Shown: in pieces, positions 1 through 9,270 of the stretch
How positions within the stretch are numbered: position 1 is the stretch's first letter
Layout: every line of letters starts with the position of its first letter
From: a candidate division WWE3 bacterium RIFOXYC1_FULL_40_10
GTDB taxonomy: Bacteria; Patescibacteriota; WWE3; UBA101185; UBA10185
DNA: 64,000 nt
Direction of reading: 5' to 3'
NCBI GenBank assembly: GCA_001773215.1
Contig: MEWB01000001.1
Location: forward strand, 742,099-806,098
Program-made: the position numbers and the translations under genes
The notes under the pieces: model-generated
Told to the model about the DNA's origin: nothing
The model's database searches: none
The model's input: the letters and a program-made list of their open reading frames with translations, nothing else

Positions 1-227
1 TTCTTTTTAATTGGGTGCTGGCTATCGCTAGGAGCGTCAATGATGTCATTGATAAAATAGACGCCTGATGAAATTAAACAAAATGCAACGAACGCGTATA
101 AAGAAAGATCCAAAGTTTTTCCAATAAACAACCTTCCTGCAAAAACAGGTGCCGCAAACAGGGAAAGATTCTTTAGCCATTGCCTTACTCTAGCGGTTCT
201 GAGAATTTGATAAATCGTAAATACCAT
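1..227 (-). CDS. UbiA-family prenyltransferase / decaprenyl-phosphate phosphoribosyltransferase (5' part; runs off the window edge)
   Basis: Manual translation: MVFTIYQILRTARVRQWLKNLSLFAAPVFAG...SGVYFINDIIDAPSDSQHPIKK, with the RxxQWxKN and NDxxDxxxDxxHPxK motifs. Confidence 0.85.
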   Translation of the reverse strand, partial: MVFTIYQILRTARVRQWLKNLSLFAAPVFAGRLFIGKTLDLSLYAFVAFCLISSGVYFINDIIDAPSDSQHPIKK

Positions 228-259
228 AATATAGATATTAAGCTTATTTGCCGAATTTC

Positions 260-922
260 TCAAATGGTAGCGGTATAACCAAAGCCTCGAACTGTTTTAA
301 TAATGGGATTTCCCGAATCTGTTATTAGCTTATTTCTTAATCTCTTTATATGAACCTCGACTGTATTTGAGAAAACATAAATCCCCTGATTCCAAACATG
401 TTCTAACAGCTCCTCCTTTGAAATTATCTTGCCCTTATTCAAAATCAGATATATTAAGACATCGTATTCCCGCCTGGTAAGCGCAAGTTCCGTTCTCCCC
501 CTTTTTACAACTCGATCAATAAGGTTAGCAGTAAAAGGGCCGAATCTTACTATTTCTTTATTTGATAGCAAATGCCTGGTGCGAATCATAGCATTTATCT
601 GCGCTTTCAATAGTTGCGGATCTGTAGAAAAGTTACACACGTAATCGGCACCGGAGCTAAGGCAATCCACCAAGCCATTTGAGCTCTTACCAACAACCAC
701 TATCGGAGCCCCGGATTTATTTTGCCTAACAGACCTGCAAATTTCGCTCCCCGACATATCCTGAAGGTAATCTGACACCAAATAGATATCGTAGTCGTTA
801 ACCAAGGACATTTGAGTACCTTCATCTCCGCTCATTGCGATATCGACTACATACTCCTCCGACATTGCAGGAATAATCGAGTGCATAAAATTCGCATCGT
901 CGTTGATCAGCAATATTCTCAT
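260..922 (-). CDS. OmpR/PhoB-family response regulator with degenerate receiver domain
   Basis: C-terminal winged helix LTRREYDVL...SKEELLEHVW...NTVEVHIKRLRNKL...IKTVRGFGY; N-terminal receiver-like fold. Confidence 0.9.
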   Translation of the reverse strand: MRILLINDDANFMHSIIPAMSEEYVVDIAMSGDEGTQMSLVNDYDIYLVSDYLQDMSGSEICRSVRQNKSGAPIVVVGKSSNGLVDCLSSGADYVCNFSTDPQLLKAQINAMIRTRHLLSNKEIVRFGPFTANLIDRVVKRGRTELALTRREYDVLIYLILNKGKIISKEELLEHVWNQGIYVFSNTVEVHIKRLRNKLITDSGNPIIKTVRGFGYTATI

Positions 923-1023
923 AATTCCATCCTATAACTATATTTAAGCAAATATGAACGGAAGATGAAATACTATTTCGAGTTGCTTACCCACCCGAAA
1001 TTAATGTAGAATAGCACCCATCT

Positions 1024-1500
1024 ATGCTTTTAACACCTCACGTAATGGTTGGAACAGCAATAGCGGTCGCCGTATCCAATCCCTATATAGCTGTTCCCTT
1101 AGCATTTGCATCTCATTTTTTGGGAGATCTTGTACCTCACTGGGATTTTTTTTCTAACACAACAAGTGAAGAAAAAACGAAGGGCTGGCGTGTCCTTGGG
1201 GTAATGGCCGACTTAACAATCGGTGTGGGCCTGGGCGCCATGTTCACTTTTTTTGCACTCTGGAAACTCCAAAACACACCTCTAGCTCTAAATATATTTC
1301 TTTGCGGGATTGCCTCGGTACTACCTGATGTACTAATAGGACCTTATGTGTACAGAACGAACGGTGTTAATTTTTTGTCGTACTGGGCACATAAAATTCA
1401 GAGTAAAATGCAATTCCCCGCCCCATTGCCTTGGGGAATTGTTAGTCAAATAATTGTATCTCTGGCTTCCTTCGCAGTGATAGCCAATTTAGTGCTGTAA
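1024..1500 (+). CDS. Membrane protein, YdjM-like metal-dependent hydrolase family
   Basis: HxxxG near the N-terminus, SHFLGDLVPHWD, SVLPD and several TM segments. Confidence 0.55.
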   Translation: MLLTPHVMVGTAIAVAVSNPYIAVPLAFASHFLGDLVPHWDFFSNTTSEEKTKGWRVLGVMADLTIGVGLGAMFTFFALWKLQNTPLALNIFLCGIASVLPDVLIGPYVYRTNGVNFLSYWAHKIQSKMQFPAPLPWGIVSQIIVSLASFAVIANLVL

Positions 1501-2938
1501 TACAGATACTCACAATTATCACACAAATCAACGACACCTTTACAAGATTTCCCTCTGAGGAAAGAAGCCCTATTCCACCGAAAATTGCCGTGGTAACCCA
1601 ATAAAATAGCGCTATCTTTCGGGGGCTAAAACCCCTGTCCAATAACAGGTGATGTAAATGCCCCCTATCCCCGCTAAATGGGCTTTTACCCATTAACAAA
1701 CGCCTCACCACAGTAACCAGGCCGTCTAAAAAGGGCACTATAATCACAAGGAATGAGATAACTATCTTGCTCTGTACCGAGATAGACATCGCGGCCAGTA
1801 CTAACCCAGCGGTAACCGCACTAAACCCCCACATTACTTTGGAAGGGAACCATGTATGTCTTACCGTACCAAATGCCGCGCCTGCGCTAATTGCCGCCAA
1901 AGTTGCTGTAGTCCAATGGCTATCTTTTAGGGGAGAAAATCTCAAAGATAGAACCATTATTATTAATGAACCTATTCCTATTATTCCTGCATACTGCCCG
2001 TCAATTCCATTAGACCAGGACAAAACGTTGAGCACCCACACGATCCATACCATGGTAATAACTGTTGAAAGCACAGGTCCCAGATTTAAACTAAATCCGC
2101 CCAGCTCCGAAACTCCCACAAAGGGTATACTTATAAACGAGAAGGTATTGCCCACCATAACATAAGGAACAATTGCCAAAAACATCAGAAACAGGCGATA
2201 TACAGGATTTTCCAGGAATTTCAAACCTGAAGACGGCAAGGTTTGTTGGATATCATCTAAAAACCCCAGTAGCGACAGCATGAACAAAGATACAAATAGG
2301 CTAATGTACCCGGATTTAAAACCTATCAATAAACCTGCTACCACCACAACTACAATGGAATACACAATCCCGGCACCTCTCGCCGAGGGTTGTTTCAATA
2401 TCATTCCTGGATGGGCATGTACGCTCGGATTAGTGATAATTCGTCTTTTTTGAGCAAAGGAAATATACACGGGCAAAATAATATAGGTAAGAACCAGCGC
2501 CACTATAAAAGGAAAAATAAAACGCGTGTACACGGGATTAACCAAAGGAGTGAATGTTCCGGACGCAACTTGGATGATTCTGTAGGAAGCAAAACTTAAA
2601 ATAATATTTGTTAAAAATACAAAGTAAAAAACTACATTATCAAAATATTTAATATATAACCTGTTAAATATTATTAGTGCCAAACCCATTAGAGTAGAAA
2701 AGGCGCCAAGCATCGGAAGAATAAAGATATTCCCCCTTGGAGCTAGTTGTAATTCTCCCCACTCTCTTCCGTACCAAAAAGGGATTGAAAGATTTAAATG
2801 CGGATATCTTAAATATACATAGATAAGGTGGACAAAAAAAGCACAGGAGTTCAAGAAAACGAAGCCTACTATTTGGTTCTTCAACTGAACCAAGGTAGTA
2901 TTCCTTATCTCGTTATAAATTCTAATAATTATATTCAT
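1442..2938 (-). CDS. MraY/WecA/TagO-family (GT4) polyprenyl-phosphate sugar-1-phosphate transferase with extra N-terminal membrane domain
   Basis: GFLDD, NxxxWSNGIDG and PFSGDRGHLHHLL motifs; extra 3-TM N-terminal segment (IPFWYGREWG). Confidence 0.85.
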   Translation of the reverse strand: MNIIIRIYNEIRNTTLVQLKNQIVGFVFLNSCAFFVHLIYVYLRYPHLNLSIPFWYGREWGELQLAPRGNIFILPMLGAFSTLMGLALIIFNRLYIKYFDNVVFYFVFLTNIILSFASYRIIQVASGTFTPLVNPVYTRFIFPFIVALVLTYIILPVYISFAQKRRIITNPSVHAHPGMILKQPSARGAGIVYSIVVVVVAGLLIGFKSGYISLFVSLFMLSLLGFLDDIQQTLPSSGLKFLENPVYRLFLMFLAIVPYVMVGNTFSFISIPFVGVSELGGFSLNLGPVLSTVITMVWIVWVLNVLSWSNGIDGQYAGIIGIGSLIIMVLSLRFSPLKDSHWTTATLAAISAGAAFGTVRHTWFPSKVMWGFSAVTAGLVLAAMSISVQSKIVISFLVIIVPFLDGLVTVVRRLLMGKSPFSGDRGHLHHLLLDRGFSPRKIALFYWVTTAIFGGIGLLSSEGNLVKVSLICVIIVSICITALNWLSLRRKPEIQLFD

Positions 2939-2947
2939 ACAAACACC

Positions 2948-4495
2948 TTACCCTCGTTTGGGAGTATGATAGAGATCTTTCATGCGCTTGCCAAGCAACA
3001 TTCGAGTTTGAGCCTCAACCCATGGAAAAAACGAATAGGTTAACAGGTTAAGCATTATCAGCGGACCTTCGAAAACCACTGTGAACAGTTTTCGGATAAA
3101 ATGCCAATTTTTAGGCATTTCAGAAGACAGCTTGATTCTAAAATAGGCTCCGGGAATTAAACACACTAAGGTTACTGTTAATATGGCACTCATAATATCA
3201 GGGAGGCTATAGGCAAAATTAGACTGCTTAACGTAAGGATTAACCATGGTTACCAAGCTAAAACCAAAGGTTATCAAAAACACCATATTTACCAATATTA
3301 CTCTTTTTTGAAAATGCTTTATCATCCATTTAAGTTTTTTAACCATAGGTATCTTCCCGTTTCTCATGAATTCTTTAACAGATAAAGGAAAATCTATGGT
3401 GCCCCACCCCCACCTTAATAGCTGCTTATATAAGGCTATGTGAGAATCCAGGAAATTCTTACCTTCAACGGCATCAGCGGAATAGGGAATGTAATGCGGT
3501 TTACCTTCAAAGTCACCGTTTCGGGCAAAATAGGCCCTCCAATAAACTATAGTGTCATCCACACCAAGCTGTACATCCCAATAGTCGGCGTCCATTAGGG
3601 TTTGGAGCGACATCGAATATGCGGCAAATGTATCTTTCTCCGAACCGGAAGTTACTCCCCAATCGGATAAGGAACCCAAAGTCACGGCATTAGCCTCTAT
3701 CCTCATCAACATAGGAACTCGCCATAGGTTATTATTAAACAGATGAACTGCAGTGGAATAGTAATGATTATCCCTTCTATCAGTTGTGAGGTACAGATGC
3801 GTGAGCCTCGACAGAAATTGAGGGTTAAGCACGTGATCCGAATCGAACGTAGAAAAGATGTAGTTTCTCAAATTTTCTCCCAGGCTTTTAAGCTCCGCAA
3901 CAGCATGCTTTGCACCCCACGTTCTATTTGCTCCTGCAACGCCTATTGCCTCTCCCACTATTCCCGCAGGATGTGTGTAAATTAAAACTTTATGAAATTG
4001 GTTTTTTCTCCCCTGTAAAATCGTTTCGACACAGGGAATTATCACATCAGCTCCCCTTTCTTCAACTGAAATTACCAAAACGGTTTGCTTAGATGGAAAA
4101 GTTTGATTTAATAACGATTCTATACAGCCCCTTAACACAGACTCCGGCTCACTAACTGCGGGAACTAAAACGAAATGCCTAATATCTTCAAGTGAGGAAG
4201 GCAGTGTAGCTTTATCAGGGAGCGCTGAAAAATTAAGCTTTTTGCATTCTTCTGCCCAATTTATTGCCATATCTTTTACGTAATTTCTATACCCCACAAA
4301 TAGGCCGTATGTATGCCTAAATGCCAAAAAAGACCAATATACAGTTAAAAAGGTAAGGACATACACAATAGCTTGGGGTTGGAATATACCCAGCCAAATT
4401 GGGGAGGTTAGAAATATCCAAGTGAGCAAGCCTGGTACCATTTCAAGTATTCTGTATATTCTTATATCATTCTTATTAACAATTGATGCAATCAT
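2948..4495 (-). CDS. Membrane-bound processive glycosyltransferase family 2
   Basis: FDSD, VDD and QLLRW (QxxRW) motifs; TM segments at both ends. Confidence 0.8.
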   Translation of the reverse strand: MIASIVNKNDIRIYRILEMVPGLLTWIFLTSPIWLGIFQPQAIVYVLTFLTVYWSFLAFRHTYGLFVGYRNYVKDMAINWAEECKKLNFSALPDKATLPSSLEDIRHFVLVPAVSEPESVLRGCIESLLNQTFPSKQTVLVISVEERGADVIIPCVETILQGRKNQFHKVLIYTHPAGIVGEAIGVAGANRTWGAKHAVAELKSLGENLRNYIFSTFDSDHVLNPQFLSRLTHLYLTTDRRDNHYYSTAVHLFNNNLWRVPMLMRIEANAVTLGSLSDWGVTSGSEKDTFAAYSMSLQTLMDADYWDVQLGVDDTIVYWRAYFARNGDFEGKPHYIPYSADAVEGKNFLDSHIALYKQLLRWGWGTIDFPLSVKEFMRNGKIPMVKKLKWMIKHFQKRVILVNMVFLITFGFSLVTMVNPYVKQSNFAYSLPDIMSAILTVTLVCLIPGAYFRIKLSSEMPKNWHFIRKLFTVVFEGPLIMLNLLTYSFFPWVEAQTRMLLGKRMKDLYHTPKRG

Positions 4496-4518
4496 ATTAT
4501 ATTTAAGGCCGGTAGCTG

Positions 4519-5301
4519 CTATTTTAGCACGCTAAACAGTACCTTTGCGTTGGATGTTGTCTTTTCAGCGACTGCCTCAAGTGTACTATTTCGCGCAAAA
4601 GCAACTTTTTCAGCTACCAGCTTAACATTTGCCGGCTCGTTCGGTTCACCCCGATGACCTTGTGGGGGCAAGTAGGGAGAGTCCGTCTCCACTAATATTT
4701 TGTTCAACGGCATCTTTTTGACTACCTCAAGCAACTCCCTTCTAGCAGGATAGGTAATCATTCCCGAAAAGGAAATATAGAAACCACAATCCAATAGCTT
4801 TTTTGCGTAATCCCAATCCTGAGAAAAACAGTGAGCTACACCTTTTAAGCCTTGCGGAGCGTACTTTTCAATCACCGACAAAACAGTGTGATCCCCATTA
4901 CGATTGTGAATAATTAGAGGGAGCTTGTGCTCGACAGCTAATTGGGATTGCATATCAAAAAGCTCAATTTGAGACTCAATACTCCTTCCATTTTCCCATT
5001 CTGATATGTCGATTCCACATTCTCCGATACCAACTATTTTCTTAGAGATGTGCAACAAATCTTCTAGAGCAGAATGCAGTTTGGCGACACTTACATCTTT
5101 ATCTTCGTGGGGATAAATACCAATAGATGCATAAACCTGCTCATGCTTGTTAGCAGCCTTTATAGCTTTGTTGCTACCTTCAAGAGAAGTCCCCACATTT
5201 ACCAGGTACTTCACAGAATTTTGCATACAGTTGGCCAAAATAGCCTCGACTTGATCGGAATCCGGAAGATGGCAATGAGTGTCGATTAGTTCAATAGGCA
5301 T
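4519..5301 (-). CDS. tatD: TatD-family deoxyribonuclease
   Basis: IDTHCHL, GIGECGID, IIHNR, HCFS and ETDSPYL motifs. Confidence 0.95.
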   Translation of the reverse strand: MPIELIDTHCHLPDSDQVEAILANCMQNSVKYLVNVGTSLEGSNKAIKAANKHEQVYASIGIYPHEDKDVSVAKLHSALEDLLHISKKIVGIGECGIDISEWENGRSIESQIELFDMQSQLAVEHKLPLIIHNRNGDHTVLSVIEKYAPQGLKGVAHCFSQDWDYAKKLLDCGFYISFSGMITYPARRELLEVVKKMPLNKILVETDSPYLPPQGHRGEPNEPANVKLVAEKVAFARNSTLEAVAEKTTSNAKVLFSVLK

Positions 5302-5385
5302 ATGTTAGATTCTACCACTTCCGTGCTATGGGTTGCTAATATTCCGAAAAAATGTTATAAATACCGCAATATCAATGGAGGAACG

Positions 5386-5598
5386 ATGAAAAAGCACAAA
5401 ATAAAAGGACGCGAATCAGTAGCAATTGGATCAAAAAAATGTGTAAACTGCAAGGATCACAATCCACCAACAAAAGTGGTAACCAAGGATTTTGATCAGA
5501 AGGTAGTTACTGCAACCGGTCCTGAGATCAGAGTTTGGAAAAAGGGTGATTTTATTTGCCCAAATTGCGGGAAACCAATGGGGAGGATAGTTGTATGA
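5386..5598 (+). CDS. Small zinc-ribbon orphan protein
   Basis: GGAGG upstream of ATG 5386; CVNC...CPNC. Confidence 0.65.
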   Translation: MKKHKIKGRESVAIGSKKCVNCKDHNPPTKVVTKDFDQKVVTATGPEIRVWKKGDFICPNCGKPMGRIVV

Positions 5599-5738
5599 AA
5601 ATTAGCACTCGCGGACTCGTATATCGTAGAGACAACGAGCGTACATGCCCAACTTATAGATTGCTCTACGTTGCCTGGGTAATTGCTGGCAAAAGGAAGG
5701 TACCAAAGAAATGCCCCTGGTGCCACAAATTTCACTAG
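5595..5738 (+). CDS. Small Cys/His-rich orphan protein
   Basis: GGGAGG RBS, ATGA overlap with the previous ORF; TCP...CPWCHKFH. Confidence 0.55.
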   Translation: MKISTRGLVYRRDNERTCPTYRLLYVAWVIAGKRKVPKKCPWCHKFH

Positions 5739-5752
5739 TGATCGGATTTGAG

Positions 5753-5783
5753 AAACCTCGAACTTACTTTTCGGGGTTTTTTT
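5753..5783 (+). terminator. Intrinsic terminator
   Basis: AAACCTCGAA/TTCGGGGTTT stem followed by a T tract. Confidence 0.6.
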
Positions 5784-7194
5784 ATTTTATTTTCGGAAAT
5801 AGCCCTTCCTGTGCCTTTATGTGACTATTCGAAAACTGAGCGATTATTTTATTAGAAGTATTGGGAACAAAAGGCTCATAGAGTTTGGCAATCCTAGTTA
5901 TTTCACCTACTTCGTAAATCAAAACTGCTTTGAGCTTTTCCTCATCTTCGATTTTCCAAGGTTCATTCTCATTTATATGTTTGTCCAAATTGCCCAATAA
6001 TTCCTTCAAGTGAGCAAGAACCAAATCCACTCGAAAATCTTTTTCAAAAGGATAGTCATCGGATGGAATACTGGGCAGATCATTAAACACAAAACCGGAT
6101 TTCTCAGCCATTTTTGCGATTCGCGCCACTGTATTTCCAAGACCATTTGCTAAATCAGAGTTATAAACTTCTTTTAAAGATTCTTCGGAAATATCAGAGT
6201 CTTCCACTATTGGACCCTGCTTTAGCAAATAATACCTAACAGCATCAACGCCATACTTTTGAACTAACTCAGTGGGTAATATTATATTCCCAAGAGATTT
6301 GCTAATTTTCCGGCCATTTAGATTTACAAACCCATGAACATAAACTTTGTTAGGAAGGCGGTAACCCACACTCTTCAACATTGCCGGCCACAGCAGAGTG
6401 TGCCACCTTGCAATATCTTTGCCTACAAAATGCACTATTTCAGTGTCCTCGTCCCAAAAACCTTTCGGTAAACCTTCGGTAACATAATTTATCAAAGCGT
6501 CAAACCATACGTAGATTACTTGCGCCGAATCCACCGGAGTTTGAATACCCCATGAAACCTTATATTTTGGCCTGGAAACTGTGATATCTTTTAAACCTGA
6601 TTCTAAAAATGCCAGCATTTCTTTGCGTTTTCCCTCAGGTTTAATTTCCAGTTCGTTCGACTCAATTAAATTTTTTAGAAAACCCTGGTATTTGGACCAT
6701 TTAAAGAAGTAATTTTCCTCATCTAGTTCTTGGATCTGACGCGATGGATGATTGGGACATTGTCCCTTTTCATCAAGTTCGGACAAAGTTTTATGAGCCT
6801 CACAACCTTCACAATAGAAGCCTTTGTATGTAGCTTTGTAAATGTCACCCGCAGCATAGGCTTTTTGAAAGAACTCTTCGGCTTTTGCCTTGTGATCCTC
6901 GTCGGTTGTTCTTATAAAACGGGTGTACGAAATGTTAAGCGCATCTATTTGCTCTTGATCGAGATTTGAAATTTCTGTTACATGCTGTAGTGGTGTTAGT
7001 CCTCTTTTCTCGGCGGCTTTTTGGCTTGTTGTGCCGTGTTCATCTGTACCTGTTGTAAACAAAACATTACTGTCACCTAGCTTTTTTCTTTGATAACGAG
7101 CATAGCTGTCGGCTAGTATCTTTTCGTAAGCATGTCCAATATGAATGACTCCGTTTGTGTAATCTATAGCTGTTGTAATAAATAACTTTTTCAT
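5782..7194 (-). CDS. metG: Methionine--tRNA ligase (short monomeric form)
   Basis: HIGH, GTDEHG, YVWFDALINY, KISKS. Confidence 0.97.
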   Translation of the reverse strand: MKKLFITTAIDYTNGVIHIGHAYEKILADSYARYQRKKLGDSNVLFTTGTDEHGTTSQKAAEKRGLTPLQHVTEISNLDQEQIDALNISYTRFIRTTDEDHKAKAEEFFQKAYAAGDIYKATYKGFYCEGCEAHKTLSELDEKGQCPNHPSRQIQELDEENYFFKWSKYQGFLKNLIESNELEIKPEGKRKEMLAFLESGLKDITVSRPKYKVSWGIQTPVDSAQVIYVWFDALINYVTEGLPKGFWDEDTEIVHFVGKDIARWHTLLWPAMLKSVGYRLPNKVYVHGFVNLNGRKISKSLGNIILPTELVQKYGVDAVRYYLLKQGPIVEDSDISEESLKEVYNSDLANGLGNTVARIAKMAEKSGFVFNDLPSIPSDDYPFEKDFRVDLVLAHLKELLGNLDKHINENEPWKIEDEEKLKAVLIYEVGEITRIAKLYEPFVPNTSNKIIAQFSNSHIKAQEGLFPKIK

Positions 7195-7198
7195 AGCA

Positions 7199-7558
7199 TT
7201 ATCGGTTCTTGATAATTAAGTATAACGCCCCATACAATAGCAAAAACAGGGTGATAGTCAAATAAGTTAAAAGCGAAAATGCCTTTAGAAAGGCAAAACC
7301 TACAATTCCGAAACTCATATAAAAAGACCACTTAGACAATTTTCTAAAGAACAGGCGTCGATCTACATTGGCTTTGAGTTTTTTGGATTTTACTTTGTAC
7401 AAAAGCAAAGATGAAGAAACTCCAAAGGTTAGAAATGTTACGAGTAGAAACAAACCTATTGTAAGTATTGAATATGGGGGAACCTTAAAAAGCAAATAGA
7501 AAAACAAACTCCACAGAACCAAAGCTGAAATAACAATTGCGTACAAAAACCTCGGCAT
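7199..7558 (-). CDS. Hypothetical 4-TM membrane protein
   Basis: Hydrophobic ORF ending 4 bp before metG. Confidence 0.7.
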   Translation of the reverse strand: MPRFLYAIVISALVLWSLFFYLLFKVPPYSILTIGLFLLVTFLTFGVSSSLLLYKVKSKKLKANVDRRLFFRKLSKWSFYMSFGIVGFAFLKAFSLLTYLTITLFLLLYGALYLIIKNR

Positions 7559-7580
7559 GGATTTATTTTATCACTTGGGG

Positions 7581-7629
7581 AAAAGAAAGAGGTAGGGAAA
7601 ATTGCGTCTGGCACAGTTTCCCCCACCTC
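7581..7629 (-). terminator. Intrinsic terminator after the orphan at 7642-7917
   Basis: GAGGTAGGGAAA/TTTCCCCCACCTC stem with an A-rich run on the + strand. Confidence 0.55.
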
Positions 7630-7641
7630 CAAAAGTCTACT

Positions 7642-7917
7642 CTACAGCAAAATTTTTCCGTCCATGAACAGAACTTTGAAACAACCTTCAGCGATTGAGG
7701 GATCAGCACAGACCATAACATCCAGGACGAAATCCGGATAAAGCTTCCGCTCGGACGTACAAACCAGCACCTGGACTGGAACATTCCCGTCGTCATCCCG
7801 CACCTTTAAAACGAGGGCTGCTGCATTCTCAAAATACATCTTCTTTTTATCTGCTTTTGGGCCAATAAAGTGAAGACGTTCTATACTCTTCGTACCTTCG
7901 CGGTTAACCAGCGTCAT
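7642..7917 (-). CDS. Hypothetical orphan protein
   Basis: AAGGAG RBS upstream, own terminator. Confidence 0.65.
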   Translation of the reverse strand: MTLVNREGTKSIERLHFIGPKADKKKMYFENAAALVLKVRDDDGNVPVQVLVCTSERKLYPDFVLDVMVCADPSIAEGCFKVLFMDGKILL

Positions 7918-7950
7918 TTTATAGTCTCCTTCGTGATATGATTGATCTAT

Positions 7951-9006
7951 ATGGATTTTAGCATTTTTTTACTCATAAGTACAATCATCGTTGCTGCATT
8001 GGGTTTTTATTACCTAATAAACCAACTAAAAGCTCTAAAGGGAGAATTAGCTAAGGACGATAAGGACGTATTGGTGGAATGGCTAAAAGACATGAAAGGC
8101 TCCGTTGATAAAAACTCTGAAGTTCTGGAAAGACAGCTAAAAGATCAGAGAGGAACCATGGAAGAACAAATGAGAAATCAGCGGGAAGCCATGAATAAGC
8201 AAACTCAGCTTATTTGGGAACGACTTGATAAATCGGGAGACGTCATTAGAGAGGTGCAAAAACAGCTTGGCGGTATTACCGAGTTTGGTAAAGACATGAA
8301 AGATTTAAGTAACGTTTTAAAGTCTCCAAAACTACGCGGCGGCCTTGGAGAACAATTTTTATACGAAATACTTGCCAACTCCTTGCCTACAGAGATGTAT
8401 AAAACGCAATACAAGTTTAAAGACGGAGATATTTGTGATGCCGTAATCTTCACCGACCGAGGAATAATTCCAATCGACTCAAAATTTCCGATGGAAAATT
8501 TTAAAGCCATGATAGTCGCGGAAACTCCCGAAGCACGAGATAAAAGCAAAAAGGATTTTATTAAGGATGTGAAAAGGCGGATAGAGGAGATTTCCAGTAA
8601 ATATATTCTTCCGGGAGAGGGTACTACTGAACAGGCAATAATGTATGTTCCCTCGGAAAATGTGTCATACGAACTTCTGGTTAACACACCTGAAATCGAT
8701 GAGCACCTTAAAGCGAAAAGTATTATATTGGCTTCTCCAAATACATTAAGTTACTTCTTAAAAGTTTTGCTAATCGCCTTCCAACAGCACGAACTTGAAA
8801 AACACGCAGGCGAAATATTAAAAGCTTTAAATAGCGTGAAAATTGAGGCTGAAAAATTCGGAGACGACATCGGAGTATTGGAACATCACATCTCAAACGC
8901 CTACAAATCAATCGATACAGTGAAAAATAAATATACAAAGCTCTTCACTAAAATTGAGAATATACAAAGCATCGAAGCCCCGGAAGAAAAGGTATTGCTG
9001 CAATAA
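7951..9006 (+). CDS. rmuC: DNA recombination protein RmuC
   Basis: N-terminal TM, coiled coil, KLRGGLGE, PIDSKFP, SKYI, AIMYVPSE. Confidence 0.92.
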   Translation: MDFSIFLLISTIIVAALGFYYLINQLKALKGELAKDDKDVLVEWLKDMKGSVDKNSEVLERQLKDQRGTMEEQMRNQREAMNKQTQLIWERLDKSGDVIREVQKQLGGITEFGKDMKDLSNVLKSPKLRGGLGEQFLYEILANSLPTEMYKTQYKFKDGDICDAVIFTDRGIIPIDSKFPMENFKAMIVAETPEARDKSKKDFIKDVKRRIEEISSKYILPGEGTTEQAIMYVPSENVSYELLVNTPEIDEHLKAKSIILASPNTLSYFLKVLLIAFQQHELEKHAGEILKALNSVKIEAEKFGDDIGVLEHHISNAYKSIDTVKNKYTKLFTKIENIQSIEAPEEKVLLQ

Positions 9007-9011
9007 CTTTC

Positions 9012-9046
9012 AAAAAAATACCTCGTAATGCAAAGCAATACGAGGT
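9012..9046 (-). terminator. Intrinsic terminator (possibly bidirectional)
   Basis: ACCTCGTA/TACGAGGT stem with an A7 run on the + strand. Confidence 0.55.
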
Positions 9047-9053
9047 GGGCGAA

Positions 9054-9215
9054 CTAGGAACCATTTTGATCCGGCGGCCGTTCTAAGTCATCGGATTGAT
9101 CATCTGTGTTTGTAAACTTCACTCTTCCCGAAAACAAAGCGACCCCCACTGCTATAGCCAATATAACCAGTGCAAAAACACACAACCAAGGAATGATCTC
9201 TATAGGATTCGACAT
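9054..9215 (-). CDS. Small single-TM orphan protein (53 aa, not in ORF track)
   Basis: Manual translation MSNPIEIIPWLCVFALVILAIAVGVALFSGRVKFTNTDDQSDDLERPPDQNGS; TATAAT and AGAGAGG upstream; terminator downstream. Confidence 0.6.
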   Translation of the reverse strand: MSNPIEIIPWLCVFALVILAIAVGVALFSGRVKFTNTDDQSDDLERPPDQNGS

Positions 9216-9270
9216 GTCTACCTCTCTATACAGGAATTATACCCCTTTTTGGTGGTAAACTATGCAATAC

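Noticed and set aside
4519-5301. tatD as part of the Tat system
   Set aside because: TatD is a nuclease unrelated to export and lies about 37 kb from tatAC.
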